A stretch of 64,000 nt of DNA from an uncultured candidatus Porisulfidus sp. (GCA_965214545.1 OZ243950.1:247764-311763), one strand, 5' to 3'. Numbered from the stretch's first letter, positions 8,884 to 16,971 are shown. Made by a program: numbers and translations. Notes: a model not told the origin generated them from the letters alone.

Positions 8884-9801
8884 TCAAACCCAAGGACCGC
8901 CTGGTTCCCACTTATAAGTGAAAGTCTTCCCACGCGCCATCGCTTGCGCCGGCGGAACAAGAAACGTCTCCAAGAAACGGCAAACATCCACTAACGGTGG
9001 TGGAGCAGTTACGAGCATCCCTTTCTTCAGGAAGGCTTTCCATTGTATGTTCTTATGTGAATCTTCATAAAAGTCAGCACTAAGGCCGGATGGGGTGTGT
9101 TCCGGCAACGGTGTCTGACGACGCGAGAAGGTGTTGCTGATCGCCTTGGACAGATTCACACCATCGAAGTCAAAATCGCGAGCAATGACCCAAAGGTCGT
9201 AAAAGTCTTTCATACGACTATTGGCTATGCCTAGGTCAACCAATGCCTGGTATTTCTCCGCCACAACCGTCTCTCGGGGATATGCTCTCAAATGTGGCGC
9301 AGGGTTACCCAGTAAAGTAGGATATTCGATCTCTTTCGCCTCGGGTGTCACGGCGTCTCCGAAACCGATGTCGGCCTGAATGGGTATACGGGCGCCAGCC
9401 AAGTCACCGAACAGCTTCACGCGTATGCCGCCATACTCCGTCTCATCACGGATTATTTCGACTTGTACGCTGTCAGCAATCAGTGTCAGACCGTCATCTT
9501 CGACAGTAACGTCACAGAGATCGCGAAAGATTGCTCGCAGCCCTGCTTCGCTGCTGTCACCGAAGGCCAGGAAATCCACATCGCGTGTCGGGCGGTGTGG
9601 CCGGTCACTCCACAGCACGAACAACATCGCGCCCTTCAGAATGAAGCGGTCCCGATAAGCCGATTGGCTAAGACGGTACAAGAGTCGTTCCAACCCGAAC
9701 TGTGTCAGGAGTAATTGAAAGTTTTCGCCCCGTACCTTTGCCAATGCCAGCAATCGGTCACGTACGGAGGCTGCCAAATTCTTTCCGCGTGTATCATTCA
9801 T
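8884..9801 (-). CDS. AbiEii/AbiGii-family nucleotidyltransferase toxin (type IV TA / abortive infection)
   Basis: 305 aa from ATG 9801, which forms an ATGA overlap with the stop of the upstream gene. The start is MNDTRGKNLAASVRDRLL and the motif RPTRDVDFLAFGD is present. The longer annotated ORF start was rejected. Confidence 0.8.
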   Translation of the reverse strand: MNDTRGKNLAASVRDRLLALAKVRGENFQLLLTQFGLERLLYRLSQSAYRDRFILKGAMLFVLWSDRPHRPTRDVDFLAFGDSSEAGLRAIFRDLCDVTVEDDGLTLIADSVQVEIIRDETEYGGIRVKLFGDLAGARIPIQADIGFGDAVTPEAKEIEYPTLLGNPAPHLRAYPRETVVAEKYQALVDLGIANSRMKDFYDLWVIARDFDFDGVNLSKAISNTFSRRQTPLPEHTPSGLSADFYEDSHKNIQWKAFLKKGMLVTAPPPLVDVCRFLETFLVPPAQAMARGKTFTYKWEPGGPWV

Positions 9802-10409
9802 ACCGCTAGCGATTCCAGGTAGGGCCGCATGACGTTTCGAACTCGGCAAATAGCTGCATAGTGCCAAAGGTCGTCCATGGTGCAGTGCCGAGCCCGCCGG
9901 CACTCTCTGAGTGCCTCGATAGCCACATCCAGCCCGATCTTGTTGCGGTATTTGAAGCAATCGACGACGGTCTTAGCAGGGGAGTACACGTGAACGGTCA
10001 CTCCCTCGATCTTGTGCTCCTCGACGCCGACATTAAGCGCTGCCTGGGAGGAGTGAACGATACGTAGCGGCGGGTACTCGAGACGCGGCCGCCATGCTTT
10101 TTCGCCGATGGCCAGCCAAACCTCAAACGGCGCCTGAGTCGTGAGTTCGTGAAAGCTTAGAGCGGACAGTAGACACACCACACCTTTGGGCACGCGTTTG
10201 CCTGCCTCGGCCAGCGAATGATGCTCGGTGGCACCGCTCTCAGGCAGGACATACAGCCCCCGGCCCATCCGTTGCAGTTTGCCGGCATTACGTAGACGGC
10301 TGAGGTAGGTTCTGGGGATACTGTAAGAGTCCAGATCTCGCGGGCGCAGGACACCAGCCTTCCTGACTAGTTCCAAGATTTTATCTGTCTTTGTTGTTCT
10401 GGTAGCCAT
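9798..10409 (-). CDS. AbiEi-family antitoxin / transcriptional regulator
   Basis: 203 aa from ATG 10409, with an N-terminal wHTH-like segment ILELVRKAGVLRPRDL..IPRTYLSRLRNAGKLQRMGRGLYVL. It is translationally coupled to AbiEii. Confidence 0.75.
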   Translation of the reverse strand: MATRTTKTDKILELVRKAGVLRPRDLDSYSIPRTYLSRLRNAGKLQRMGRGLYVLPESGATEHHSLAEAGKRVPKGVVCLLSALSFHELTTQAPFEVWLAIGEKAWRPRLEYPPLRIVHSSQAALNVGVEEHKIEGVTVHVYSPAKTVVDCFKYRNKIGLDVAIEALRECRRARHCTMDDLWHYAAICRVRNVMRPYLESLAV

Positions 10410-10631
10410 AATAGCGCATATGTTACATAACCTAGGGGAAAATGTAAATACACCTTGGAATCGTAACACGCCAATGGTTGCAGGGATGAGTCTGCGCCTT
10501 GAGTGGTCGCGTCATGTTCTCTACATGCGGAAGATGGCTTCGCAAGAATGGCTTACCGGGTAAACGCATTGAGCATCTGCTATTGAAAACGTCGGGGCTT
10601 CCCGCCTGCCCCGAACCATTTAGAATGGGCG

Positions 10632-10666
10632 GGTGAGGTTTCACATGCCCAACCGAATTTTCTGCA
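10632..10666 (+). repeat. dusA RBS plus first codons, the partner of the repeat at 8807..8840
   Basis: See the alignment in the 8807..8840 entry. Confidence 0.35.
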
Positions 10667-11610
10667 TTGCCCCAATGATGGACCATACAGACCGTCATTT
10701 TCGGTATTTCCTGAGAGTTTTGTCTCCACATGCCTGGCTGTTTACCGAAATGGTGAACACGGGCGCCATCCTGCATGGCGACACCCAGTCCCTCCTCGAG
10801 TTCAATCCGGCTGAACAGCCGATCGCGCTCCAGCTCGGCGGTAGCGACCCGGAAGACCTGGCACGCTGTGCCGGGATCGCCCAAGATTTCGGCTACGATG
10901 AAGTGAACCTGAACGTGGGATGCCCAAGCGGCCGTGTTTCGGCGGGGCGTTTCGGAGCCTGTTTGATGAAAGAGCCTCTCAAGGTTGCGGACTGCGTCGC
11001 CGCGATGCAAGGGAACATCCAAATCCCGGTAACGGTGAAATGCCGTATTGGCGTGGATGGGCAGGACACAGAAGAAACCTTGGCGGAATTCATCCGGACG
11101 GTTGCCGATGCCGGCTGCCGGACGTTTTATGTGCATGCGCGGGTCGCTGTGTTGTCCGGATTGAGCCCCAAGCAGAACCGTACGGTTCCGCCCTTGAACT
11201 ACGCGCGGGTCTGGGCGTTGAAGCGCGAATTCCCGCACCTGGATATTGTGATCAACGGCGGCATTCGCTCGGTCGAAGAGGTGAAGCAGCACTTGGCTCA
11301 GGTTGACGGCGTGATGGTCGGGAGGCTGGCATGCGACAATCATTGGGCAATCCGACAGATCGAGCAGACCTTGTTTCCCGATTCGAGCATCCCGGAGACG
11401 CCGGTTGAGGCATTTGATGCCTATGTCCCGTATTTGGAGGAGCAGTGCAGGGCAGGGGTGCCGTTGGCCCGCATGACCCGTCACATCACGAGCTTGTTTC
11501 ATGGACAACCCGGCGCGAAAAACTGGAGACAGGCCGCGGCCTGCCCGGATTCTTCTGCCTCGGCGCTCCAGGCGTTGCAGGAGACCGCCCACCGGGTCGC
11601 ATACGCATGA
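10645..11610 (+). CDS. dusA: tRNA dihydrouridine(20/20a) synthase DusA
   Basis: 321 aa from ATG 10645 (GGTGAGG 7 nt upstream). The start MPNRIFCIAPMMDHTDRHFRYFLR matches the DusA N-terminus. Confidence 0.9.
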   Translation: MPNRIFCIAPMMDHTDRHFRYFLRVLSPHAWLFTEMVNTGAILHGDTQSLLEFNPAEQPIALQLGGSDPEDLARCAGIAQDFGYDEVNLNVGCPSGRVSAGRFGACLMKEPLKVADCVAAMQGNIQIPVTVKCRIGVDGQDTEETLAEFIRTVADAGCRTFYVHARVAVLSGLSPKQNRTVPPLNYARVWALKREFPHLDIVINGGIRSVEEVKQHLAQVDGVMVGRLACDNHWAIRQIEQTLFPDSSIPETPVEAFDAYVPYLEEQCRAGVPLARMTRHITSLFHGQPGAKNWRQAAACPDSSASALQALQETAHRVAYA

Positions 11611-12374
11611 CTCAGTGGATTCGCTTCGAGCACGACGGCCGGGTCGGCTTCGGCCAGCTGGAGGGCACCACCATTCGGGTCTGTGAAGGCGATATGTTCG
11701 CCACACCCGTGTTGACTGATCAGACGATTGCATTGAATGACGTCCGGGTGTTGACGCCAACCCTGCCAAGCAAGATGCCTGCGCTTTGGAACAATTACCA
11801 GGCCCTGGCCGACGAGAAGGGGCTTACATATCCGGAGACCCCGCTGTACCTGTTCAAGGCCAATTCCTCGTTCCTGGCGACCGGGGAGGTCATCAGGCAC
11901 CCCGCATCGGTCACGGAAGACGTGTTTTACGAGGGCGAACTCGGGATTGTCATCGGGCAGACCGTGAAAGAAGCCTCCTTGGAGGAGGCGGAGCAAGCCA
12001 TTTTTGGCTATACCTGCATCAATGACGTGACCGCGTTCAGTTTGTTGAAGGAGTATGCGGGATTTGATCAGTGGACGCGATCCAAGGGGTTCGATACTTT
12101 CGGAGTCTTCGGGCCAGTCGTTGCGACCGGGCTGGATTACCGGGACCTGGAGATCGTGACGCGCGTCGATGGTGAGGAGAAACAACGTTATCCGGCTTCA
12201 GACATGATGATGTCGCCAGCGGAAACAGTTTCGCGATTGTCTGAAAATATGACTTTGTGCCCGGGAGATGTGATCTGTTGCGGGACCTCGGTCGGGCTTG
12301 GTCCCATGCCTCGCGGCTGTACCGTGGAAGTGGAAATCGATGGGATTGGGCGGCTGCGCAATGAATATCGTTGA
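11607..12374 (+). CDS. fumarylacetoacetate hydrolase (FAH) family protein
   Basis: 255 aa from ATG 11607, which forms an ATGA overlap with the dusA stop. FAH-fold pattern (YEGELGIVIG..., GY.C.NDV.A, GTS.G). Confidence 0.8.
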   Translation: MTQWIRFEHDGRVGFGQLEGTTIRVCEGDMFATPVLTDQTIALNDVRVLTPTLPSKMPALWNNYQALADEKGLTYPETPLYLFKANSSFLATGEVIRHPASVTEDVFYEGELGIVIGQTVKEASLEEAEQAIFGYTCINDVTAFSLLKEYAGFDQWTRSKGFDTFGVFGPVVATGLDYRDLEIVTRVDGEEKQRYPASDMMMSPAETVSRLSENMTLCPGDVICCGTSVGLGPMPRGCTVEVEIDGIGRLRNEYR

Positions 12375-12399
12375 AGTTTCTGACCTAAATGTTTGAACA

Positions 12400-12945
12400 A
12401 TGGATCAAACTTCCGATAACGGCGAAAAAAGGATCCTGATTATCGCGGGGCCCAATGGCTCCGGGAAAACAAGTTTCGCGAAAGAATTCCTCCCGAATGA
12501 GGCGGGCTGCCCAATTTTTATCAATGCCGACATGATCGCAGAAGGCTTGAGCCCATTCCAGCCTTCGCTGGCTGATTTTATGGCGGGACGGATCATGCTT
12601 GAGACCATCCGCGAACATGTTAGGGTAGGCAGGAATTTCGCATTTGAAACGACCCTAAGCGGGCGAAGTTATGCCCAATCCATTCCGCATTGGCAGGAGA
12701 AGGGCTATTACGTGAAGCTGGTGTATCTGTGGTTGGCCACACCGAAGATTGCCTTAGACCGGATCAGGCAGAGAGTCGGGGAAGGGGGTCACGACGTGCC
12801 TGAAGAAGTTGTTCTTCGGCGATTTCGCTCAGGGTGGCGCAATCTCAAGGAAATTTACTGGGATCTGCCCAACGAGCTTATTGTGTATGATAATTCGCGC
12901 TCAGAGCGAATTAAACTGGAGGCGAGAAACAATGGCGTTGCCTGA
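12400..12945 (+). CDS. zeta-toxin-like P-loop kinase / predicted ABC-type ATPase family (COG4185-like)
   Basis: 181 aa with Walker A GPNGSGKTS close to the N-terminus. Size and layout match small zeta/AAA-kinase toxins. The local GC is lower than in the core. Confidence 0.7.
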   Translation: MDQTSDNGEKRILIIAGPNGSGKTSFAKEFLPNEAGCPIFINADMIAEGLSPFQPSLADFMAGRIMLETIREHVRVGRNFAFETTLSGRSYAQSIPHWQEKGYYVKLVYLWLATPKIALDRIRQRVGEGGHDVPEEVVLRRFRSGWRNLKEIYWDLPNELIVYDNSRSERIKLEARNNGVA

Positions 12946-13204
12946 GCTGACAAAGGCGGAAAAAGTGGCCTTGAGGCAGAGAATCCTCGCGGGCATGCCA
13001 ACCAAGGAAGAACTGGCCAGAGATCCAGAGCTTGCGGGCATGGACGCGGCCTTGCGCCGGGCAGCCGTGAAAGCATGGCGCCGGGCAGCGGAGCATGGCG
13101 GCACGGTCTGCGTGTATAAAGACGGGGAAGTCGTCCATATGGACCCGGAAGAATTGTTACGGGGCGCAGAGATCATGCTGAACCCCGAGGCCGAGATTGA
13201 GTAG
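12932..13204 (+). CDS. small protein (90 aa), candidate partner or antitoxin of the zeta-like kinase
   Basis: ATG 12932 overlaps the kinase stop by 14 nt. The segment ALRRAAVKAWRRAAEHGGTVCVYKDGEVV resembles small partners I recall next to COG4185 ATPases. Confidence 0.45.
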   Translation: MALPELTKAEKVALRQRILAGMPTKEELARDPELAGMDAALRRAAVKAWRRAAEHGGTVCVYKDGEVVHMDPEELLRGAEIMLNPEAEIE

Positions 13205-13208
13205 GGCA

Positions 13209-13547
13209 ATGGGGTTTCAATTAAACGAACTGAAGAAGTTCAAGCAGCCATTCCAGGTTTATACCTTTTATGGCCTTCTGGACGATTATGAACCTGTCAC
13301 CGAGTATCTCGGTGGGTACCGGCTCGACAAGTCAAGGCGCCGATGCAAAGTGCTGGTGACTCAAGACGACTTGGATCACATCATTGCCGATGTTTTGGAA
13401 ATGTACAAAGGGCAAATCGATAGCGACGTCCGCTCTCTCCACATTATGGACAGGAATGGAAAGGACATCGTGGAAGTCAAGCATCCCCAGGATTTCATCA
13501 CTGACGAGGGGGAGGTCCGTTATGAAGTCAGCAAAATCATCAACTAG
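13209..13547 (+). CDS. hypothetical protein (112 aa)
   Basis: ATG 13209 lies 4 nt after the preceding stop, so this is the third gene of a tight co-directional cassette. I recognise no family. Confidence 0.4.
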   Translation: MGFQLNELKKFKQPFQVYTFYGLLDDYEPVTEYLGGYRLDKSRRRCKVLVTQDDLDHIIADVLEMYKGQIDSDVRSLHIMDRNGKDIVEVKHPQDFITDEGEVRYEVSKIIN

Positions 13548-13570
13548 ACGAAGAAGTCCGTCCTTTCAAT

Positions 13571-14353
13571 TCAGATACCGACCTCAATAATCTTTTCGGG
13601 ATCAAATATATTCCCTGTATTTTCATGTGGGTAACCACGCGCATTATTAACAAATCTAGTATCTCCCAGCGTGAAATCCTGCGCGTCATGCGTATGGCCG
13701 AACATCCAAAGGTCGGGCGCGTGGCGTTCCACGACATCTTCGCAGCCTGCGACGAAATAAGGATTCAGGCGATCCCCCTGGTAGCGCTCGGGAATACAGC
13801 GCGCAATCGGCGCAAAATGCGTGATGACCACGTTATATGGGGCATCTGACGACTGGAGGGACTCCTCCAGCCAGGCCCGCTCCTTACGGTGCAGGTTGGC
13901 GCAATCGGAGCGGCGAAAAGCCCGATTTTCATAGCCGATCACGCGGAAATCAGTGATGCTCTGCTCAGCGTAAAGCCCATATAAATCAGCCTGTCCAGGC
14001 CCAAACAGCGTGAAATCGGACCACAGCGTGCATCCGTGGAATGCAATCTCGCCGTACCGGACGCAGCGGCAATTCAGCAGTTCGATGCCGATTTGGCCGG
14101 CATCGCGTCGGATCCAGTCCAGTGTCCGGTGGTAATCATGGCGGTAGAACTCGTGATTCCCGGGCAAATAAAGGATCGGCCGGTCTGTGCGCGCACGGTA
14201 GTGTGCGAGGACGTCGGGGAGATTCGCGGGGCTATCGACGTATTCCGAGATGTCGCCGGCGAGGACCAGGAGGTCGTGATCCGGCAGCGGGTGCGGCCAT
14301 TCGCTGGAATCGCCGAAGTTCTGGTGGGTGTCGGACAGAAGGGAAATGCGCAT
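13571..14353 (-). CDS. calcineurin-like metallophosphoesterase
   Basis: 260 aa from ATG 14353. The metal-binding motifs appear in canonical order: LSDTH, GDISEY, GNHEF, ITH, GHTH. Confidence 0.8.
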   Translation of the reverse strand: MRISLLSDTHQNFGDSSEWPHPLPDHDLLVLAGDISEYVDSPANLPDVLAHYRARTDRPILYLPGNHEFYRHDYHRTLDWIRRDAGQIGIELLNCRCVRYGEIAFHGCTLWSDFTLFGPGQADLYGLYAEQSITDFRVIGYENRAFRRSDCANLHRKERAWLEESLQSSDAPYNVVITHFAPIARCIPERYQGDRLNPYFVAGCEDVVERHAPDLWMFGHTHDAQDFTLGDTRFVNNARGYPHENTGNIFDPEKIIEVGI

Positions 14354-14793
14354 GGTTGAGGCCAATTTTGAATCTATCGTACCGCCGAACGCCCTCCCGG
14401 CACATCCCCGAAAACCTAAAACTTTACATAATATTCCTTATGCGAAGTATCTGGGCGTAGTCGCGGGATGGGTGCTAGCTTCGCGGTCGGCCACAAAATC
14501 CTTCGTGCCCCGCTCTTTGAAGGCCGCACGTGGATGTCTCAATCAGCCGACCTCTCCGCAAATGGCCTGGAAAAGGAAAAGGTGGAGGCTGAGGCTGGGC
14601 ACAGAGACCGGGTTGATGTGCCGGATTGGTTTTGTTGGCCGAGATATTCTGCAGAACACACGTGATCCAGGGGCCGCGGGTGTCACGGATTCTTCGGATA
14701 TTTGGAACTCGAATTCCTCGAATTCCGGAGGGCAGGACTGATTTCGTGACTTATAATGATCGCTGTCTGTACCGACTCACAGGATACCTCCCT

Positions 14794-15300
14794 ATGAAAT
14801 CAGCCACTATTCTCAGTGTCACAACACTACTTCTGCTTCTCGCCCCCCCCCCCCCTGCACATGGGCAGGACATTAACTACATAGTGTCTGGGAGCCAAAC
14901 AATCGGTGAGGTTACTTTTAATAGAGGGACTCTAAGGTGGCGTGTCCCGACGAATTTTACTGGAGATAATGGCGCTTGGATCGCATTCACTCTAAGCGGG
15001 AGTGCAGTCCGGGCGGTCACTGACGTCCCGAAAACCACTTATGCCAATGGGACTAGTCTTAGAAGAAGCAATACCTATCACTACTTCATCCCTTCACGTT
15101 ATATGCAGGGCAATATAGCAAGGTGCTATTTTGAATCTGATTGGTGCCGCATAGAGATCTATCCCATCTTCAATCTGAATGACAGGGCCAATAGAAGTGT
15201 TACATTTACGGCAACAGACGCGCGTAATCAATATAACCAAGATATCCCTGCATCCGGAAGCTGGACAGTCACGATCAGAGACGCAACCACAAACCAATGA
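14794..15300 (+). CDS. secreted hypothetical protein (168 aa) with a Sec signal peptide
   Basis: Starts MKSATILSVTTLLLLLAPPPPAHG then QD. The mature part is beta-rich with two Cys (ARCYFESDWCRIE). I recognise no family. Confidence 0.5.
   Translation: MKSATILSVTTLLLLLAPPPPAHGQDINYIVSGSQTIGEVTFNRGTLRWRVPTNFTGDNGAWIAFTLSGSAVRAVTDVPKTTYANGTSLRRSNTYHYFIPSRYMQGNIARCYFESDWCRIEIYPIFNLNDRANRSVTFTATDARNQYNQDIPASGSWTVTIRDATTNQ
14843..14855 (+). repeat. homopolymeric C(13) tract inside the signal-peptide coding region
   Basis: Counted directly: cg + 8 C at 14843-14850, then 5 C at 14851-14855. The tract encodes APPPP. Confidence 0.95.
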
Positions 15301-15425
15301 ACAAAAGTGCATTCGTGTGATTTCCGGGTGACCTTTGATGCGAACCTCTGGAAATGATGCAGCCTGCCCGTAGGTGGCACTGGTGTCGGAGTCCTATGCA
15401 GCGTGAAATGGCACCGGCACCGGGG

Positions 15426-15454
15426 TTGTTTAATTGCCCTAAAATCTGTACAAT
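15426..15454 (+). promoter_or_regulatory. candidate sigma70 promoter (TTGTTT - 17 nt - TACAAT) upstream of the Lpp-like gene
   Basis: The hexamers were read from the sequence, about 95 nt upstream of ATG 15551. Confidence 0.25.
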
Positions 15455-15550
15455 CAGCGCGACGGTGCTCAATGCTTGGTATTTTTACTGGCAATGTGCG
15501 CCGCAAAAAGTGCACTAAAAAAATCAAAACAACACAACTCTGGAGTTGAC

Positions 15551-15847
15551 ATGGATAAAAAAGCAAAGGCATTGGCCCTCGGGGTCATCTTGAGTGGTGC
15601 CTTCCTCACTGGATGCGGCGTTCCTCAGGCGGTTATGGACCACCTTGCAACGTTGGATTCCCAAGTTGCGGCGGCTCAATCCACCGCAGATGAAGCATTG
15701 CGCATGGCCAAAGCGGCAGACCATATTGCGTTTCAGGCAAACGAGAAAGCCAACACGGCTGACGAGTTGGCTCGAATGGCAATCTCCTGTTGCGATGCGA
15801 ATTCTCATCGCCTCAACACGATGATGCATAACATGCAGAAGAAGTAA
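15551..15847 (+). CDS. Lpp-like (alanine-zipper) outer-membrane lipoprotein with a C-terminal Lys-Lys
   Basis: 98 aa from ATG 15551 (GGAG upstream). Lipobox LTGC, then an Ala/Gln-rich helical body, ending in ...HRLNTMMHNMQKK. Compare E. coli Lpp, which ends ...YRK. Confidence 0.65.
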   Translation: MDKKAKALALGVILSGAFLTGCGVPQAVMDHLATLDSQVAAAQSTADEALRMAKAADHIAFQANEKANTADELARMAISCCDANSHRLNTMMHNMQKK

Positions 15848-15870
15848 TCTTCGATATCTGATTGCATCAA

Positions 15871-15903
15871 GAAAAAGGGCCTGGTTTCAGGCCCTTTTTC
15901 TTT
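15871..15903. terminator. bidirectional intrinsic terminator between the convergent lpp-like and L,D-transpeptidase genes
   Basis: gaaaaagggcctg-gttt-caggccctttttc is a perfect 13-bp stem flanked by A and T runs. Confidence 0.7.
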
Positions 15904-16924
15904 AACTGGAGTCAGCCGGCTTGCCCGGGCTCCATAACAATTCCGGCCTTCCCTCCGGCACGGCCGCCTGCACCGAACGATCCCAACCGACCCCCACCGG
16001 GATGCCCAGGCGCTGCCGAGCGGCCTCCATGACCTGCTCCCAGTAGATGACGTAATCCCCTGCCGGCAGCTGCTCTTCAAGGGCAAGCAGGGGTTGCAGG
16101 ATATCGGTTTCTTCGAAAGCCGGGTTCTTCTCCGGCATCGGGAACTCCTCCAGCGGCTCCGGGTGGGCTTCCACATAGACCATTCCATTCAGCAGCCCGA
16201 CCTTGATCGGCATGGACATGATCTCGACAGGAGTGTCGATCGGCACTCGGCGAATCAATTCGGCAATATCCTTCGATCGCAGCCGGATGCAACCGTGCGT
16301 GACTCTCATCCCGATCCCCTGCTCCCGGTTCGTGCCATGAATGAAGTAGCCGTCCGCATCCAACATCAGGGCATAACGGCCAAGCGGATTATCTGCGCCA
16401 GGTGGAATCACCTTCGGCAGTTCTTCTCCTCTCGCCTCATGTTCAAGAATGACGGATTTTGGCGGATACCAGTTCGGGTTCTCCAGGCGGTCCAAAACCC
16501 GGGTCATCCCGATCGGAGTGACCCAATCGACCCGTCCCGCACTGATCGGGTAGGTCCGAACCTGGGGGGTGCCGTCCGGATCCGCGTCGTAGTAGTAAAG
16601 CCGAAGCTCCGCAAGGTTCAGCACCAGTCCGGTGCGCGCCTTTCCCGGTAGAATGTATTGCCGGGGGATGCGCATACGGGCACCCTCTCCCGGCATCCAG
16701 GTATGCACCTCGGGATTGGCCGACAACAGTTCATGGTATCCAATCTGATGCATCTGGGCCAACATCAGCGTTGTCTCGCCGTAGTGCGTCGTGATATTGT
16801 AGGAGCGACCCAGCAAGGAATCCCCGTTTTCGGGAAAATCCAGGAGTTCGGCGCTCGCCAGCGGCAGGTTCAGGGCAAATACCAGTGCGCCGCAGAGACC
16901 TTTCCAGAGCATTTTGTCCGCCAT
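15902..16924 (-). CDS. L,D-transpeptidase of the YbiS/ErfK/YcfS type
   Basis: Catalytic motif HGTNREQGIGMRVTHGCIRLR, plus AELRLYYY and GADNPLG as in E. coli YbiS. It has a signal peptide. The start is either ATG 16924 or GTG 16930. Confidence 0.85.
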   Translation of the reverse strand: MADKMLWKGLCGALVFALNLPLASAELLDFPENGDSLLGRSYNITTHYGETTLMLAQMHQIGYHELLSANPEVHTWMPGEGARMRIPRQYILPGKARTGLVLNLAELRLYYYDADPDGTPQVRTYPISAGRVDWVTPIGMTRVLDRLENPNWYPPKSVILEHEARGEELPKVIPPGADNPLGRYALMLDADGYFIHGTNREQGIGMRVTHGCIRLRSKDIAELIRRVPIDTPVEIMSMPIKVGLLNGMVYVEAHPEPLEEFPMPEKNPAFEETDILQPLLALEEQLPAGDYVIYWEQVMEAARQRLGIPVGVGWDRSVQAAVPEGRPELLWSPGKPADSS

Positions 16925-16971
16925 GTTCACAATAAGGATTGCATGATTGTCAAATTATAACCGGATTATCC

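Noticed and set aside
8748-8987. 79-aa ORF in the yadG-AbiEii intergenic region
   Set aside because: It overlaps the AbiEii 3' end and has neither an RBS nor a recognisable family. The region is better interpreted as promoter DNA or islet border.
10432-11769. 445-aa ORF on the minus strand
   Set aside because: It is antisense to dusA and the FAH gene. It has shadow-ORF composition and no recognisable motifs.
14328-14741. 137-aa ORF, and the 65-aa ORF at 14468..14665, in the 440-bp gap
   Set aside because: The first overlaps the metallophosphoesterase start. Both have arbitrary composition with no motifs. The region is kept as an unexplained-region finding rather than a gene call.
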